A DNA stretch of 64,000 bases, from positions 100,272 through 164,271 of the forward strand of contig NZ_QKSB01000007.1 in assembly GCF_003234935.1 (NCBI RefSeq), read 5' to 3'. The notes below the pieces were generated by a model. It did no database searches. It saw nothing but the letters and a program-made list of their open reading frames with translations, and was not told the DNA's origin. Below are positions 49,185-59,322 of this stretch, piece after piece (the first letter of the stretch is position 1; each line of letters opens with the position of its first letter). A program made the position numbers and the translations under genes. Source of the DNA: Putridiphycobacter roseus. GTDB taxonomy: Bacteria; Bacteroidota; Bacteroidia; Flavobacteriales_D; Crocinitomicaceae.

Positions 49185-50315
49185 ATGCAGTTTAAAGATA
49201 TTATTGGACAAGAAAAAACCAAAGCACTTTTGCTGAAAGAAGCAAAAAAAGGCCGAATTAGTCACGCCCAAATGTTTATTGGGGATAAAGGAATTGGTAA
49301 GCTACCACTTGCTATGGCATTTGCGCAGTATCTATTGTGTGAATCTCCTGGTGCAAATGATTCTTGTGGAACATGTAATGCATGCGTAAAAGTAAAACAA
49401 TTGGTTCATCCAGATGTTCATTATGTATTTCCAGTAGTAAAATCTGCTCAAACTAAAGTTTCAGTCTCTGATGATAGGCGTCAACAATGGAATGCTTTCG
49501 TCAAACAAAATACTTACTTTAATCTCCAAATGTGGCAAGAGTTTTTGGAGGAAATGGGTAAAAACGCACAAATTGGCGTGGATGAAAGTCGGAGTATTTT
49601 AAAAAAATTATCCCTTAAATCATATAGTGGTAAGTACAAAATAATGATTATTTGGCTACCTGAAAAAATGAATACCAGTGCAGCGAATAAACTTTTAAAA
49701 ATATTAGAAGAACCACCTGAAAACACACTATTTTTTCTTGTATGTGATGCCATTGAAACTATTCTGCCAACTATTATTTCAAGAACTCAAATAATAAAGG
49801 TACCAAATCTTAAAATTGAAGAAGTAAAAAGTTATTTGATAAAAGAGAAAAATCTGCCTGAAAATCAAGCCCAATCTATTGCGAGTTTAACACAAGGTAA
49901 TCTAGTAGAAGGTGTCCTCATGTCTCAAGGAGATGTTGCTAATAACCAGTATTTTGAAAGCTTTGTTAAATTAATGAGATCCGCTTATGCTATTGATGCC
50001 ATTGCCTTAATGAATGTAGCGGAAGAGTTAGGTGGAATAGGTAGAGAAAATCAAAAAAACTTTTTAAGGTATAGCTTACATATGTTTCGAGAAAGTCTGA
50101 TATATAATTACCTAGGGGAAGAGAAGGTAAATGTAAAAGATGAAGAAAAAGCATTTTTGAATAAATTTGCTAAATTTATTAATAATCAAAATATTACGGA
50201 TTTGATTACGGCCTTTGATGAAGCAATTTATCATATTGATAGAAATGCGAATGCAAAGTTGCTCTTTTCGGATTTGGTAATTAAACTTACGAAACTCATT
50301 AAAAAAGGTGTTTAA
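49185..50315 (+). CDS. holB: DNA polymerase III delta-prime subunit
   Basis: 376 aa; P-loop-like GDKGIGKLPLAMAFAQYLLC followed by Cys cluster CGTCNAC; AAA+ clamp-loader layout. Confidence 0.85.
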   Translation: MQFKDIIGQEKTKALLLKEAKKGRISHAQMFIGDKGIGKLPLAMAFAQYLLCESPGANDSCGTCNACVKVKQLVHPDVHYVFPVVKSAQTKVSVSDDRRQQWNAFVKQNTYFNLQMWQEFLEEMGKNAQIGVDESRSILKKLSLKSYSGKYKIMIIWLPEKMNTSAANKLLKILEEPPENTLFFLVCDAIETILPTIISRTQIIKVPNLKIEEVKSYLIKEKNLPENQAQSIASLTQGNLVEGVLMSQGDVANNQYFESFVKLMRSAYAIDAIALMNVAEELGGIGRENQKNFLRYSLHMFRESLIYNYLGEEKVNVKDEEKAFLNKFAKFINNQNITDLITAFDEAIYHIDRNANAKLLFSDLVIKLTKLIKKGV

Positions 50316-51129
50316 AACATTTATCATATTCATTTGTTTAACCTCTATTCTAGCCTGTCGAAAAGAAAATATTGGCCCGCTAAAAACTGATAAATTGGAT
50401 TTTGTGGTGACAGGACATGCTTATGGAAATCCATTGGTTTTTCAATGGCGACTTTATGCGCCTCTTGTGCCTGTTTTAGGAAATATTGCTGAATTTGTGA
50501 AGCCCGATAAGTTTATTTTCACTGGAGATGTGGTAGCAACTCCTAACGCAGAGAATTGGAAGAATGTTTTACAGGAATTCGATAGCTTAGGCATTGATTA
50601 TTGGATTGCACCTGGTAATCACGACATAGCAACAGATTACTTTTTGGAGGAGGTACAGAGTAGTTATTTTTTGACTGAACGAAAAAAAAACAACCTGTTT
50701 TTAATTCTAAACACAAATTTTCACGGTTGGACAGTGGATGCGCAACAAGTCAATAGAATAGAGACTGAATTAAATAATTTAGAGGGAATTCAAAATGTCT
50801 TTGTGTTTACACATCATGTTTGGTGGTCCAAATTAATTTATGCGCATTTTACCGACATGGATACCATTGTAACTAATTCCGACAATTTGATTTTTGGACC
50901 GTCTAATTTTTGGATAGACGCGTTTGATTTATTTGAAAATTTAGAATTACCAGTTTATTTTTTTGCTGGAGACGTAGGAGCATATGATTTTGTTCCAGCA
51001 TATAGCGAACAGCATTTTGATAATTTTCATTTTTATACTAGCGGCGTTGGAGGTGGTGTAGCAGACAATATTCTTTATGTTCAAGTTTCAGATTCTGGAA
51101 AAGTTCAAATTAAAAAAATCAACTTTTAA
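50308..51129 (+). CDS. calcineurin-like metallophosphoesterase lipoprotein
   Basis: 273 aa; lipobox ...SILACRKE; motifs FVVTGHAYGN, FTGDVV, APGNHD; an A9 homopolymer lies inside the CDS at 50684-50692. Confidence 0.75.
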   Translation: MFKTFIIFICLTSILACRKENIGPLKTDKLDFVVTGHAYGNPLVFQWRLYAPLVPVLGNIAEFVKPDKFIFTGDVVATPNAENWKNVLQEFDSLGIDYWIAPGNHDIATDYFLEEVQSSYFLTERKKNNLFLILNTNFHGWTVDAQQVNRIETELNNLEGIQNVFVFTHHVWWSKLIYAHFTDMDTIVTNSDNLIFGPSNFWIDAFDLFENLELPVYFFAGDVGAYDFVPAYSEQHFDNFHFYTSGVGGGVADNILYVQVSDSGKVQIKKINF

Positions 51130-51241
51130 GTCCGAGGACGGGACAATCGTGTTAATTCACTTTTTTCCGTGAATAATTTGTGCTTAGTCTTAAAACCAAT
51201 TGAGCAATAATCCTTAACTTTACATCTTAAACTTTATAAAT

Positions 51242-52804
51242 ATGGGATGCCAAAGTTGCGGAAATAGTAATGGTGTGCCTCGTGGATGTAAAAGTAACGG
51301 AACTTGCAGTTCTGGAGGGTGTAGTAAATTACCTGTGTTTAATTGGTTGGCTGACATTGAGTTGCCAAACGGTCAAAGCACTTACGATATATTAGAAATT
51401 AGATTTAAAAACAGCAGAAAGTCATTTTTTAGAAATGCAAATAACTTAAGTTTACAAGTTGGGGATGCTGTTGTTGTAGAAGCAGAACAAGGAACAGACG
51501 TTGGGGTTGTTTCTGTAGTAGGCGAATTGGCAAGAATCCAGGTAAGAAAAAAAGCACCAAACTTAAAGTCACACGAAGCACATAAAATAATAAGAAAAGC
51601 AAATACTACAGACATTGAAAAATGGGTTGCTAGTAGAGAAAAAGAAGACGAAACAATGTTCGAGGCTAGAAAAATAGCTTCTGCTTTGGCTTTGAAAATG
51701 AAAATTTCTGATGTTGAATATCAAGGGGATGGCTCAAAAGCTACTTTCTATTATACAGCGGACGAACGGGTAGATTTTCGTCAATTAATACGAGATTTAG
51801 CAGAACAATTTTCTTTGAAAATTGAAATGAAACAAATTGGTGCACGACAAGAAGCAGCAAGATTAGGTGGTATAGGCTCTTGTGGTAGAGAACTTTGTTG
51901 TTCTACTTGGTTGACAGATTTTAGATCTGTTTCAACTGCTTCTGCAAGGTACCAACAATTGTCGCTAAACCAACAAAAATTGGCGGGCCAATGTGGTAAG
52001 CTAAAATGCTGCCTGAATTTTGAATTAGATACTTATGTGGAAGCTTTAAAAGCCTTTCCTAGAAATGATATTAAACTTCAAACAAAAAAAGGAAGAGCTT
52101 TTCACGTAAAAACAGATGTTTTTAGAGGGTTAATGTGGTATTTATACGACGCAAATTCTGAAGGTGCTTCTAATGGTTTTGTGCCATTAAAGATTGAAAG
52201 AGTACACGAAATTATTGCATTGAATAAAGCGGGAGAACAACCAAATGATTTAAAAGACTTTATTGTTTTAGAGCCTGTTAAAGAACCTGATTATACCAAT
52301 GTAGTGGGACAAGATAGTTTAAACAGGTTTGAGCATGTTTTTAAACGGAAAAAGAAAAAGAAACCGAGTAAAAATAAAAACAATGCGGCTCGTGCAAATG
52401 CAAATAATCCGAACAATAAAAGTAAACCACCAATAGAAACAAAAGGAGAAAATACAAATCCTCCGGCTAAAAAGAAGCCGTTTAAAAGAAAACCAGCTCA
52501 GGGAAATCAAAAGTCGCCACAGGTGTCGAACGATAAAAGTCGCCACAATAATCCAAAACCTAGGCAAGCTGAAGGAGAAGGAAAAGCAAAGGTGGTGAAC
52601 AACAATAACCCAAATGCAAAAAGTGCAAAGCCAAAACCAAGGCCTAGACCAAAATCTAAACAAGCGGTGGGTGAGGGTAATACAAAAGCTGCTGCAGATA
52701 AGCCAAATCCAAATCAAGGAACAAAGCCTGCCAATACCAAGCCAAAACCAAGGCCAAATAATAGAAATAAAAGAAAACCTAAACCGAATGAAAAGGAAAG
52801 CTAA
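51242..52804 (+). CDS. ricT: PSP1 C-terminal-domain protein (RicT/YaaT homolog) with Cys-rich N-terminal extension and long basic low-complexity tail
   Basis: PSP1 core with conserved GSCGRELCCSTWL and GQCGKLKCCLNFEL. Immediately downstream of holB, as yaaT is in Firmicutes. N-terminal ~27 aa contain 5 Cys. Last ~170 aa are K/P/N-rich. Confidence 0.85.
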   Translation: MGCQSCGNSNGVPRGCKSNGTCSSGGCSKLPVFNWLADIELPNGQSTYDILEIRFKNSRKSFFRNANNLSLQVGDAVVVEAEQGTDVGVVSVVGELARIQVRKKAPNLKSHEAHKIIRKANTTDIEKWVASREKEDETMFEARKIASALALKMKISDVEYQGDGSKATFYYTADERVDFRQLIRDLAEQFSLKIEMKQIGARQEAARLGGIGSCGRELCCSTWLTDFRSVSTASARYQQLSLNQQKLAGQCGKLKCCLNFELDTYVEALKAFPRNDIKLQTKKGRAFHVKTDVFRGLMWYLYDANSEGASNGFVPLKIERVHEIIALNKAGEQPNDLKDFIVLEPVKEPDYTNVVGQDSLNRFEHVFKRKKKKKPSKNKNNAARANANNPNNKSKPPIETKGENTNPPAKKKPFKRKPAQGNQKSPQVSNDKSRHNNPKPRQAEGEGKAKVVNNNNPNAKSAKPKPRPRPKSKQAVGEGNTKAAADKPNPNQGTKPANTKPKPRPNNRNKRKPKPNEKES

Positions 52805-53261
52805 GTACTTTTTATTGGGCTGTATAAGTATGGCGTTAATTGGTTGTGATAATCAATTGATTTACGAAGAGAACCAGAAGTTTGACGATAATATATGGGT
52901 GTATGAAGACCCAAAGACTTTCGAATTCGATATCGTTGACTCCTTGTTGCCTGTAAAGTTATTTATCAATTTAAGGAACACGACAGATTACCCATACAGT
53001 AACATATACTTATTTTTACACAGTAGCTATCCTAATGGTTACAATGACATTGATACATTAGAATTTTTCCTAGCCGATCCGAAAGGTACTTGGCTAGGAG
53101 ACAATTCTGGTACTGTAGTGGAAAATAGAGCTATGATTTCTAAAGGTGTTTTCCCTACAACTGGCACTTACAAATTTACCTTGGAACAAGCCATGAGAAA
53201 TGACAGTCTACCAGAATTACTCGACATTGGAATGCGTGTTGAGTTGATGGTTGAAGAATGA
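52788..53261 (+). CDS. gldH: small lipoprotein, probable gliding-motility lipoprotein GldH
   Basis: 157 aa from ATG at 52788 (overlaps ricT stop by 17 nt); lipobox YFLLGCISMALIGCDN; size, lipoprotein nature and position after holB-PSP1 match my recollection of flavobacterial gldH loci (not searched). Confidence 0.5.
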   Translation: MKRKAKYFLLGCISMALIGCDNQLIYEENQKFDDNIWVYEDPKTFEFDIVDSLLPVKLFINLRNTTDYPYSNIYLFLHSSYPNGYNDIDTLEFFLADPKGTWLGDNSGTVVENRAMISKGVFPTTGTYKFTLEQAMRNDSLPELLDIGMRVELMVEE

Positions 53262-53361
53262 CTAAACGTGTTGTAAAACAATAAATAGCTTTTACGATTA
53301 AAATTGAGCCCTGTTAGTAAATTGCTAGCAGGGTTTTTTTATTTAATCATATATTTAACAC

Positions 53362-54531
53362 ATGAAAAAAATTTCATTGACCATTTTACTAAGCTTATCT
53401 ATTGCTTTTTTTACCTGGTTTTTTTTAAAAAAACCCGTTTTTAAGCTAGATAAAATTTATTTATCAATTAGTAAAAAGGACTTTGATGAATTACAAAATA
53501 TTAGAGATAAAGCCCTTGAGGTAGGGGTGTTAAAACGATCAAAAAATGATTATGTCAATTGTGAAATAAAAAAAGACAGTAGTATTCTTCCAGGAAAAGT
53601 ACGATTAAAAGGAGACTGGACGGATCATTTAAATGGTAAAAAATGGTCATTTCGTGTAAAATTAGAAGATTCCTTATCAGATGGGCTAAAGGTGTTTAGT
53701 CTTCAAAACCCTAAATCAAGAGGGTATTTAAATGGCTATGTCTTTCATAGGTTATTAGTTAAAAATGGAATTCTAAGTAATGAAATGTCCTTTGTGGAGC
53801 TATTTGTGAATGAAGAGTCTTGGGGGATTTATAACTTAGAAGAGCACTTGACCGAAAGAATGATAGACCATCAACAGAAACCAAAAGGTTTAATTTTAAA
53901 ATTTGAAGATGGAGAATATTTTGAAAAAGATGTCAAAAAAGAATCCACTTATGGTTTGTTAAAAACGGCAAAGATTAAAGTTTATGGTGATAAATCCAAT
54001 AAGTATAAAAAGAATAAAGCCATTGAAATAATAAAAGAATACCAACAGCAGACGGATAGCGTTTATACCAATTTTGATGCTGAACTAATGGGTAAATATT
54101 ATGCACTTTGTGATTTAGGTAAGGCCTATCACGCTATGGGTTGGATTAATATTCGATTTTATTATAATTTTAAGACCATGATGATGGAGCCGGTGGGTTA
54201 CGATCCTTATCCTGCACTGGATTGGGCTTTGCCATATTTAGGCCAAAAAGCAATAGCAGAGCAATATAAAAAAAAACAATTTGACATTGAAAAGATTGTG
54301 TATTCAGCACTTTATAACCAGGATATCAAAGCTAAATATGAGGCGTTTATTGTACAGTTAACCGATTCTATTTATGTTGCACAATTCATGGCCGAGGAAT
54401 TAAAAAAATTCCAACACTTTGAAGTTGAAATCCAAAGAGAATTCAAGTCATATGAATACGATTGGTCCTTTTTATCCAATAATGCAAAGGCTATTCGAAA
54501 TGCATTAATAACGGATGGGCTATTAAATTAA
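53362..54531 (+). CDS. CotH-like (atypical kinase fold) family protein with N-terminal TM anchor
   Basis: 389 aa; N-terminal TM; segment KVFSLQNPKSRGYLNGYVFHRLLVKNGILSNEMSFVELFVNEESWGIYNLEEHLTE resembles the CotH consensus (...LYVNGEYWGLY.L.E...). Confidence 0.55.
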   Translation: MKKISLTILLSLSIAFFTWFFLKKPVFKLDKIYLSISKKDFDELQNIRDKALEVGVLKRSKNDYVNCEIKKDSSILPGKVRLKGDWTDHLNGKKWSFRVKLEDSLSDGLKVFSLQNPKSRGYLNGYVFHRLLVKNGILSNEMSFVELFVNEESWGIYNLEEHLTERMIDHQQKPKGLILKFEDGEYFEKDVKKESTYGLLKTAKIKVYGDKSNKYKKNKAIEIIKEYQQQTDSVYTNFDAELMGKYYALCDLGKAYHAMGWINIRFYYNFKTMMMEPVGYDPYPALDWALPYLGQKAIAEQYKKKQFDIEKIVYSALYNQDIKAKYEAFIVQLTDSIYVAQFMAEELKKFQHFEVEIQREFKSYEYDWSFLSNNAKAIRNALITDGLLN

Positions 54532-54537
54532 AATTTA

Positions 54538-56067
54538 TCACAACGGCTCAGACGTGGCTTTTGGTAACCCAACAGTAAATGCATTTCCATGGAAGACAGG
54601 GTAAATTAGTATTAAACGAACGATACTGAAAAATACCGCAGCACTAATGGCATTTCGTGGAATATCGAACCCATTAATTTCTAATAAAACCAACAATAAA
54701 ATCAGTAGTGTTTCAAGACCAAGAACTACATAAAGCCCGTATTTATTATTTAAATAAAATACGACCAATGCAAAATCAATAATTTGAGCAAATACCGTCC
54801 ACATGTCTACCCTTGAATCCAACAAGGGAATAAAACATTTTAATAGGGTAATAAATATAATGATAATCACAAGGGTCATGCTTTTTGATTTAAGCAACTC
54901 TGCAATGTTATTACGGTTATAGGTTGCTGAACGTTCAAATATAGATAGGTTGACTATCCATAAAATAATATTGATGATTGGCAGCATAGAAAAAAAATAA
55001 TTCCAGGAAATCGCTTTATTGTTCGCTAAGTAAAATGCTAAGGTAATGTTTCGATAAAACCAACCTAAAAACAATAAAAACACAAAACTAAGTATGTTTT
55101 TAAAAACAATAAAAAGGATAAAACCGTTACTTATATTCCCATTTATATAGGAAGCGCCACCTAATAATTGTAAAGTATTAATGATGGATTCCAATAAAAT
55201 AAATGAAAGTAATAAAATACTGGTATAGAAAATAAAGACAAACAAAGCCATATTTTTGTTCGACATAACATGTAAGAGGGATATTTTATTGAGGCTAAAT
55301 TTTGTGGTATTACTTTTAACTAATTTGGTATATGTTAAGGTCAGTAAAATAAAGGGAATAGTATAAAGGGAGATTTGTGCAAGTATCGATATCGTTTGAT
55401 GAAACATATCACGTATGTCAAAAATGCTTTTAAATACATGGCGATATTCTCTTGAAATAATCGACAATTGGGTGTAGGATAAGGGACCTAAGCTAAGAAA
55501 GATGAAAATGGCTATGAGTGTAAATTTTATTGCATTTTTTTTATCTGTAAATACAAGTAGAGAAAAACAGGCACTACTGCATAGTATAGGCGCAATTTCT
55601 CTAAGCAGATAGTTAGAAGGTGAGCTATATATTAAGGCTGTGAAGAGGACTAAATGTACCCCACCGGCAATCATTGCAAAATTCAATTTTTTAAGTGCTA
55701 AACCAATAAATAACCAAGTTGAAAATGTTAAAGCATAAAACCGGAAATAATGGTAGGCGTCATGTATTTTAAAACTCTCCGTAGATTGTTCTAGAATGGA
55801 TGGAATAACAAAAGAAATAACAATAATGAGTAGTATCAAAAGTCCAGCAAGTTTGCCAGAAATAATTTGGGCTGACGCAGGTTCATCTTCAAAAAAAACT
55901 TGATTTGTGGTGTGGGTCATCACACTTGCTTTGTCTTCTTCAAAATTTTCACACCTGTTATCAAAGTCTGCAAACTCATCCGTTAATCCACACAATAAAC
56001 CGCGATTAAAATTCATCTTTCTATGTCTACATTGCTGACAGATTTTCACCTGGTCTCTTCTTTCCAT
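54538..56067 (-). CDS. polytopic membrane protein with N-terminal cytoplasmic Cys4 zinc-ribbon-like motif
   Basis: 509 aa; CQQCRHRK...CGL...DNRCENF (CxxC-x11-C-x14-C) then ~12 predicted TM helices; function not recognisable. Confidence 0.7.
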   Translation of the reverse strand: MERRDQVKICQQCRHRKMNFNRGLLCGLTDEFADFDNRCENFEEDKASVMTHTTNQVFFEDEPASAQIISGKLAGLLILLIIVISFVIPSILEQSTESFKIHDAYHYFRFYALTFSTWLFIGLALKKLNFAMIAGGVHLVLFTALIYSSPSNYLLREIAPILCSSACFSLLVFTDKKNAIKFTLIAIFIFLSLGPLSYTQLSIISREYRHVFKSIFDIRDMFHQTISILAQISLYTIPFILLTLTYTKLVKSNTTKFSLNKISLLHVMSNKNMALFVFIFYTSILLLSFILLESIINTLQLLGGASYINGNISNGFILFIVFKNILSFVFLLFLGWFYRNITLAFYLANNKAISWNYFFSMLPIINIILWIVNLSIFERSATYNRNNIAELLKSKSMTLVIIIIFITLLKCFIPLLDSRVDMWTVFAQIIDFALVVFYLNNKYGLYVVLGLETLLILLLVLLEINGFDIPRNAISAAVFFSIVRLILIYPVFHGNAFTVGLPKATSEPL

Positions 56068-56247
56068 AAATTGAGTTTGAAATGCTAATATACTAGATTT
56101 TCAAGTGTAGGGCTCGGAAAAAATAAACTGCCATGTGCATCCTTAAAAAATAAATTATAAAAGATTGATTATTAGGTTTAAAGTTTTAACTATATTGCTA
56201 TTGTTCGGAAAAAGTCTTTTGTTTAATCATGTTTAAGTGCCAAATAA

Positions 56248-59200
56248 ATGAAACCATCAAAAAATAAAATAGCCATAATATTAAAAAGTCTAAAAAATAT
56301 TTTTAATACTTTTTTATTTATTGCCGTCTTTGGTTCTGTAAATTTTACGCATGCACAAACTGAGGATATTGTAAGTTTCGAACAATCGGGGAATTCGATA
56401 AATAATGATGTATTAGATTTCAAAATAATTGGGGACAAAATTTTAACCCTTCTAAAAGATGGGTACAACAAAAAGTTGTTAAAAATCACTGATTTAAATA
56501 CTAAACAAACAACCGATTTACTCCACCTAGAAAGTAATGCTTTCAATGTCACGTTATCTGACAGCGGCGTCTTTTATTTGACCCACGAACAATCTAATAG
56601 TTCTTTAAGACGATATCGTATACATAACGTTGATTTTAATGGAAATATATTTAAATCGAATGGTTTTTATTATAATTTGACGGCAGACCCATTGGCTATT
56701 TTTGAGACTGAATTTTACAAAGGAGAGTTTTTTATTTTCCTAAGAGATGTGGGGGAAAGTAAAGTATGGAAATCTCACGGGGAAAACCTTATTATCCCTC
56801 CTTTTTTTGAGACTGAAAATTTATTAGGCCATTTTATATTAAGCAATAAAATGGTTTTTGTAACACAAGACACCAACACGCATAATCTGATATCTACAGA
56901 TGGTATTACAATTAGTAATTATCATGCTTACCCACAAACTGAGGAAATAATTAATTATCGATATTATGGGAGTTACGGACAATATGCTTACTATAATATA
57001 ATTACAACAAATGATTCGGTTATTTATAGAACAGACATGACTTCTATGGGATCGAGTTTATTTTTAAGTGGTTTTGCCCCAAAAAGTATGGCGTTTAAGA
57101 ATAACCAGTTTCTTTTTACTGAGGGCGTTAGTTTTAATAGTTTTGGTAGTTTTAATATTGATGATGTACTTCTTTATAAAGGTAGTTTAAATAATCCGGG
57201 ACTGATTTCAGGCCACGAATTAACCTATGCAAGCAATACTAAAGCTAGTTATAATGAGAATACAGGGAATATAAATGACACCTATTTTTATGTTAACTCA
57301 ATAGAACGAGGATTAGAAATAGCACACATCAACGCTTATGATTCTATTGAACTGGTTGCCGATTTGGTTCCTGGCAAAGGAAGTCCTATACCTGTTAATA
57401 TTAATGGGTATAGTAATAATTATGGTGGCGTCAATAATTATTTTATGCACGCCAATAAGTTATATGCTGTATTGACAAATAGAGGAGATGATTATTTTTA
57501 TTTATATGAGATTGATGGAAAGAATCTAAAATCATTGTTTAAAATCGAGCATCCTGAAGGAAATATGGTATTTTATGTGGACGATAATTATATTTATTGG
57601 TATGTAAAAAACAAGGATAGTTTAATTTTAAAACGTAGAAGTTTTTCGGATCTGGATGCACCACAACCTGCTTTTGATTCGAGTACAAATGAAGAATGGT
57701 TTCGGCAATTGAACCTCTTTTTCAGAAAAGACCCCAAAGATGTGGGGTATAAAGATATTTATCCCAAAAAAATTAGAATGGATAAAGCGCAAAATGTATT
57801 TGTTGAATTTTATATCAATCCATATGGTTCTGCAAGTGATTACAGTGTGAGCCCCTCAAATAGCACTGTAATAAACAAGTTAAAAAATGTTCATGTATTT
57901 GCAAAGTATGATAAAAATGGAACTTTACAGTGGATGAATCAAGTAGGAGGAGATTGGCATTTTAGTATGTTACCACACGAATTTGAATTAGATGCAGCGG
58001 GAAATTTAATAATAGTGGGCGGCTTTTTTCAGAATGGTGTTTTTGACGACTTAACTGTAATAAACGACCGCGCGGTAGATTTTGTTTGTAAGCTAAATGG
58101 AGCAACGGGAAAAGTGATGTGGGAAAAGAATTTATTTGAAGATTATTATACTGATAATGTTAGTTTTGAAGGTATAGCTATTGATGAATCAGACAATATT
58201 TATATCCCTTTATTTTACCGCCAATTTCAGGCTGAAACGGTAGATGGACATAAAGTCACTTCGATTAAGAGTATTGAGTCTGCCTTGATGAAATTGGATG
58301 CTGAAGGCAACGTGCTGTGGCTAAAAAACACCCCTACTCCTTGGTTAGATTATCATGGTTATTCTCGTGTTTTTAATTACAACGCTTCGAATAAAACCAT
58401 TGTAACAGTTCAAAATCAAATGTATTATAATACTTGGATGTCTTGTGCATATAAAGGGCAAAATGCTTTTGTGCAAACTTTTGATTTGGACGGTAACCTA
58501 ATGGATACCCTTCAAATTGGCGGAAATGATATGACGAGTTTGACAGAAGCGACATTTACCGAAGATGGGAATTTTTTTGGTATGGGATATTATAGAAATC
58601 ATTTAGGTTTTGGTCCCTTTGAGGCTGTTTCATCCCCTTCGGGCAGCTGCTATACAATTGAGGGTTTTAAATTTAAATATGATAAGCAATTCAATAAGAT
58701 GGAAAGCGCTAGCACAACGGTGGATAATGAAGTGTTTTATCCAATTGATTTAAGGAAAACAAAAGATAATATTTATGTATTAGGAACGGATAAAGACTAT
58801 ATGTTACAGTTGCTAAAGTTTACAACTAGTGGTGATTATGTGGGTGTTAAATATCTAAATCAGTGGGCCGATTTAAGTGAATTTCAGTTTGATAATTCAT
58901 TTGATATTAATGATGAATATATTGTATTACTAGGCCAAAACTTTAAAAAAGACACGAGTCTTTCTGTTCGGCCGCTTGTTAATTTCACAAAATCTGCATG
59001 CCTCTTAAAAATTAAAAATGAAGGCTGGATCAATGAAGGCAATCGATTTGAACCAATTAATCTCGAAATTCCAGCGGCTTTTACTGATTTTGTGATTTAC
59101 CCTAATCCATTTAATGAGGTGATTCATCTCACTTTTGATCAGCAAGAAATTGGATACAATCATTTTGTGATTCATGAACTCAGTGGCAAATTCATCCATG

Positions 59201-59322
59201 AAGGAGATTTAAACAAATTTCAATACCAAAGCATTGACTTGTCCTACTTGATTAGTGGCGTGTATGTCCTTACTTTTACTGGACCTGACAAATCAATGAC
59301 TTATAAAATTGTCAAGCTTTAA
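56248..59322 (+). CDS. large secreted protein (1024 aa) with T9SS type-A C-terminal sorting domain
   Basis: Signal FIAVFGSVNFTHAQ; C-terminal VIYPNPFNEVIHLTF...HELSGKFI...GVYVLTF is a T9SS CTD; body has beta-propeller-like repeats (GNLIIVGGFF..., GNFFGMGYY...). Confidence 0.8.
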   Translation: MKPSKNKIAIILKSLKNIFNTFLFIAVFGSVNFTHAQTEDIVSFEQSGNSINNDVLDFKIIGDKILTLLKDGYNKKLLKITDLNTKQTTDLLHLESNAFNVTLSDSGVFYLTHEQSNSSLRRYRIHNVDFNGNIFKSNGFYYNLTADPLAIFETEFYKGEFFIFLRDVGESKVWKSHGENLIIPPFFETENLLGHFILSNKMVFVTQDTNTHNLISTDGITISNYHAYPQTEEIINYRYYGSYGQYAYYNIITTNDSVIYRTDMTSMGSSLFLSGFAPKSMAFKNNQFLFTEGVSFNSFGSFNIDDVLLYKGSLNNPGLISGHELTYASNTKASYNENTGNINDTYFYVNSIERGLEIAHINAYDSIELVADLVPGKGSPIPVNINGYSNNYGGVNNYFMHANKLYAVLTNRGDDYFYLYEIDGKNLKSLFKIEHPEGNMVFYVDDNYIYWYVKNKDSLILKRRSFSDLDAPQPAFDSSTNEEWFRQLNLFFRKDPKDVGYKDIYPKKIRMDKAQNVFVEFYINPYGSASDYSVSPSNSTVINKLKNVHVFAKYDKNGTLQWMNQVGGDWHFSMLPHEFELDAAGNLIIVGGFFQNGVFDDLTVINDRAVDFVCKLNGATGKVMWEKNLFEDYYTDNVSFEGIAIDESDNIYIPLFYRQFQAETVDGHKVTSIKSIESALMKLDAEGNVLWLKNTPTPWLDYHGYSRVFNYNASNKTIVTVQNQMYYNTWMSCAYKGQNAFVQTFDLDGNLMDTLQIGGNDMTSLTEATFTEDGNFFGMGYYRNHLGFGPFEAVSSPSGSCYTIEGFKFKYDKQFNKMESASTTVDNEVFYPIDLRKTKDNIYVLGTDKDYMLQLLKFTTSGDYVGVKYLNQWADLSEFQFDNSFDINDEYIVLLGQNFKKDTSLSVRPLVNFTKSACLLKIKNEGWINEGNRFEPINLEIPAAFTDFVIYPNPFNEVIHLTFDQQEIGYNHFVIHELSGKFIHEGDLNKFQYQSIDLSYLISGVYVLTFTGPDKSMTYKIVKL

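Noticed and set aside
52614-52787. Upstream 58 codons of the track ORF 52614..53261 and antisense ORF 52319..52717
   Set aside because: Both lie entirely within the low-complexity K/P/N-rich tail region of ricT in alternative frames. The lipoprotein signal peptide begins at the internal ATG 52788.
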